A stretch of DNA of 64,000 bases from Camelus ferus (taxonomy: Eukaryota): assembly GCF_009834535.1 (NCBI RefSeq), contig NC_045696.1:100194001-100258000 (forward strand), read 5' to 3'. Of the stretch, positions 63,747-64,000 are shown in pieces. A program made the position numbers and the translations under genes. Numbering within the stretch: position 1 is the stretch's first letter; each line of letters opens with the position of its first letter. The notes beneath the pieces were generated by a model. It was not told the origin of the DNA. It worked only from the letters and a program-made list of their open reading frames with translations, and did no database searches.

Positions 63747-64000
63747 TGCATGCACACATGTGCGTGCCAAGACCATACTGTTTTGATTACTGTACCTTTG
63801 TAGTACAGTTTGAAATCAGGGAGCATGATGCTTCCAGTTTTGTTCTTCCTTCTCAAGATTGCTTTGGCTATTTGGCATCTTTTGTGGTTTCATATAAATT
63901 TTAGCATTATTTGTTCTACTTTTGTGAAAAATGACATGGATATTTTGATAGGGATTGCACTGAATCTGCAGATTGCTTTGGGTAATATGGACATTTTCAC
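61834..64000 (-). mobile_element. Inactive LINE-1 (3' UTR and ORF2 C-terminal part), antisense to PLOD2, running off the window
   Basis: T-rich start then ttttattgaggtataattgacata; minus-strand ORF fragments [15 protein letters not shown]...[25 protein letters not shown] and [18 protein letters not shown]1MA9-like 3' UTR. Confidence 0.96.
63698..63745. repeat. (GT)24 microsatellite inside L1 ORF2
   Basis: Read directly from the sequence. Confidence 0.95.

Overview
Mammalian (eutherian, probably laurasiatherian) genomic DNA carrying the 5' part of PLOD2 (lysyl hydroxylase 2) on the + strand. It has a CpG-island promoter with CCAAT, GC and TATA boxes (~14.1-15.3 kb), coding exons 1-3 (14709-14823, 55465-55556, 58258-58394) and a 40.6-kb intron 1. 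The rest is intergenic or intronic DNA with ancient repeats: MIR, L2, L1M, MaLR/ERVL LTRs, hAT and Tigger elements, two multi-kb decayed LINE-1 copies, GT microsatellites and one 100-N gap. Nearly all ORF-track entries are spurious. I see no convincing new biological system. The best leads are two frame-preserving candidate cassette exons in intron 1, a perfect BANP-type palindrome and an HRE/SMAD cluster at the promoter, several transposon structures, and the apparent absence of lineage-specific SINEs. Repeat names and boundaries are by-eye calls from recalled consensus sequences and need RepeatMasker/Dfam confirmation.
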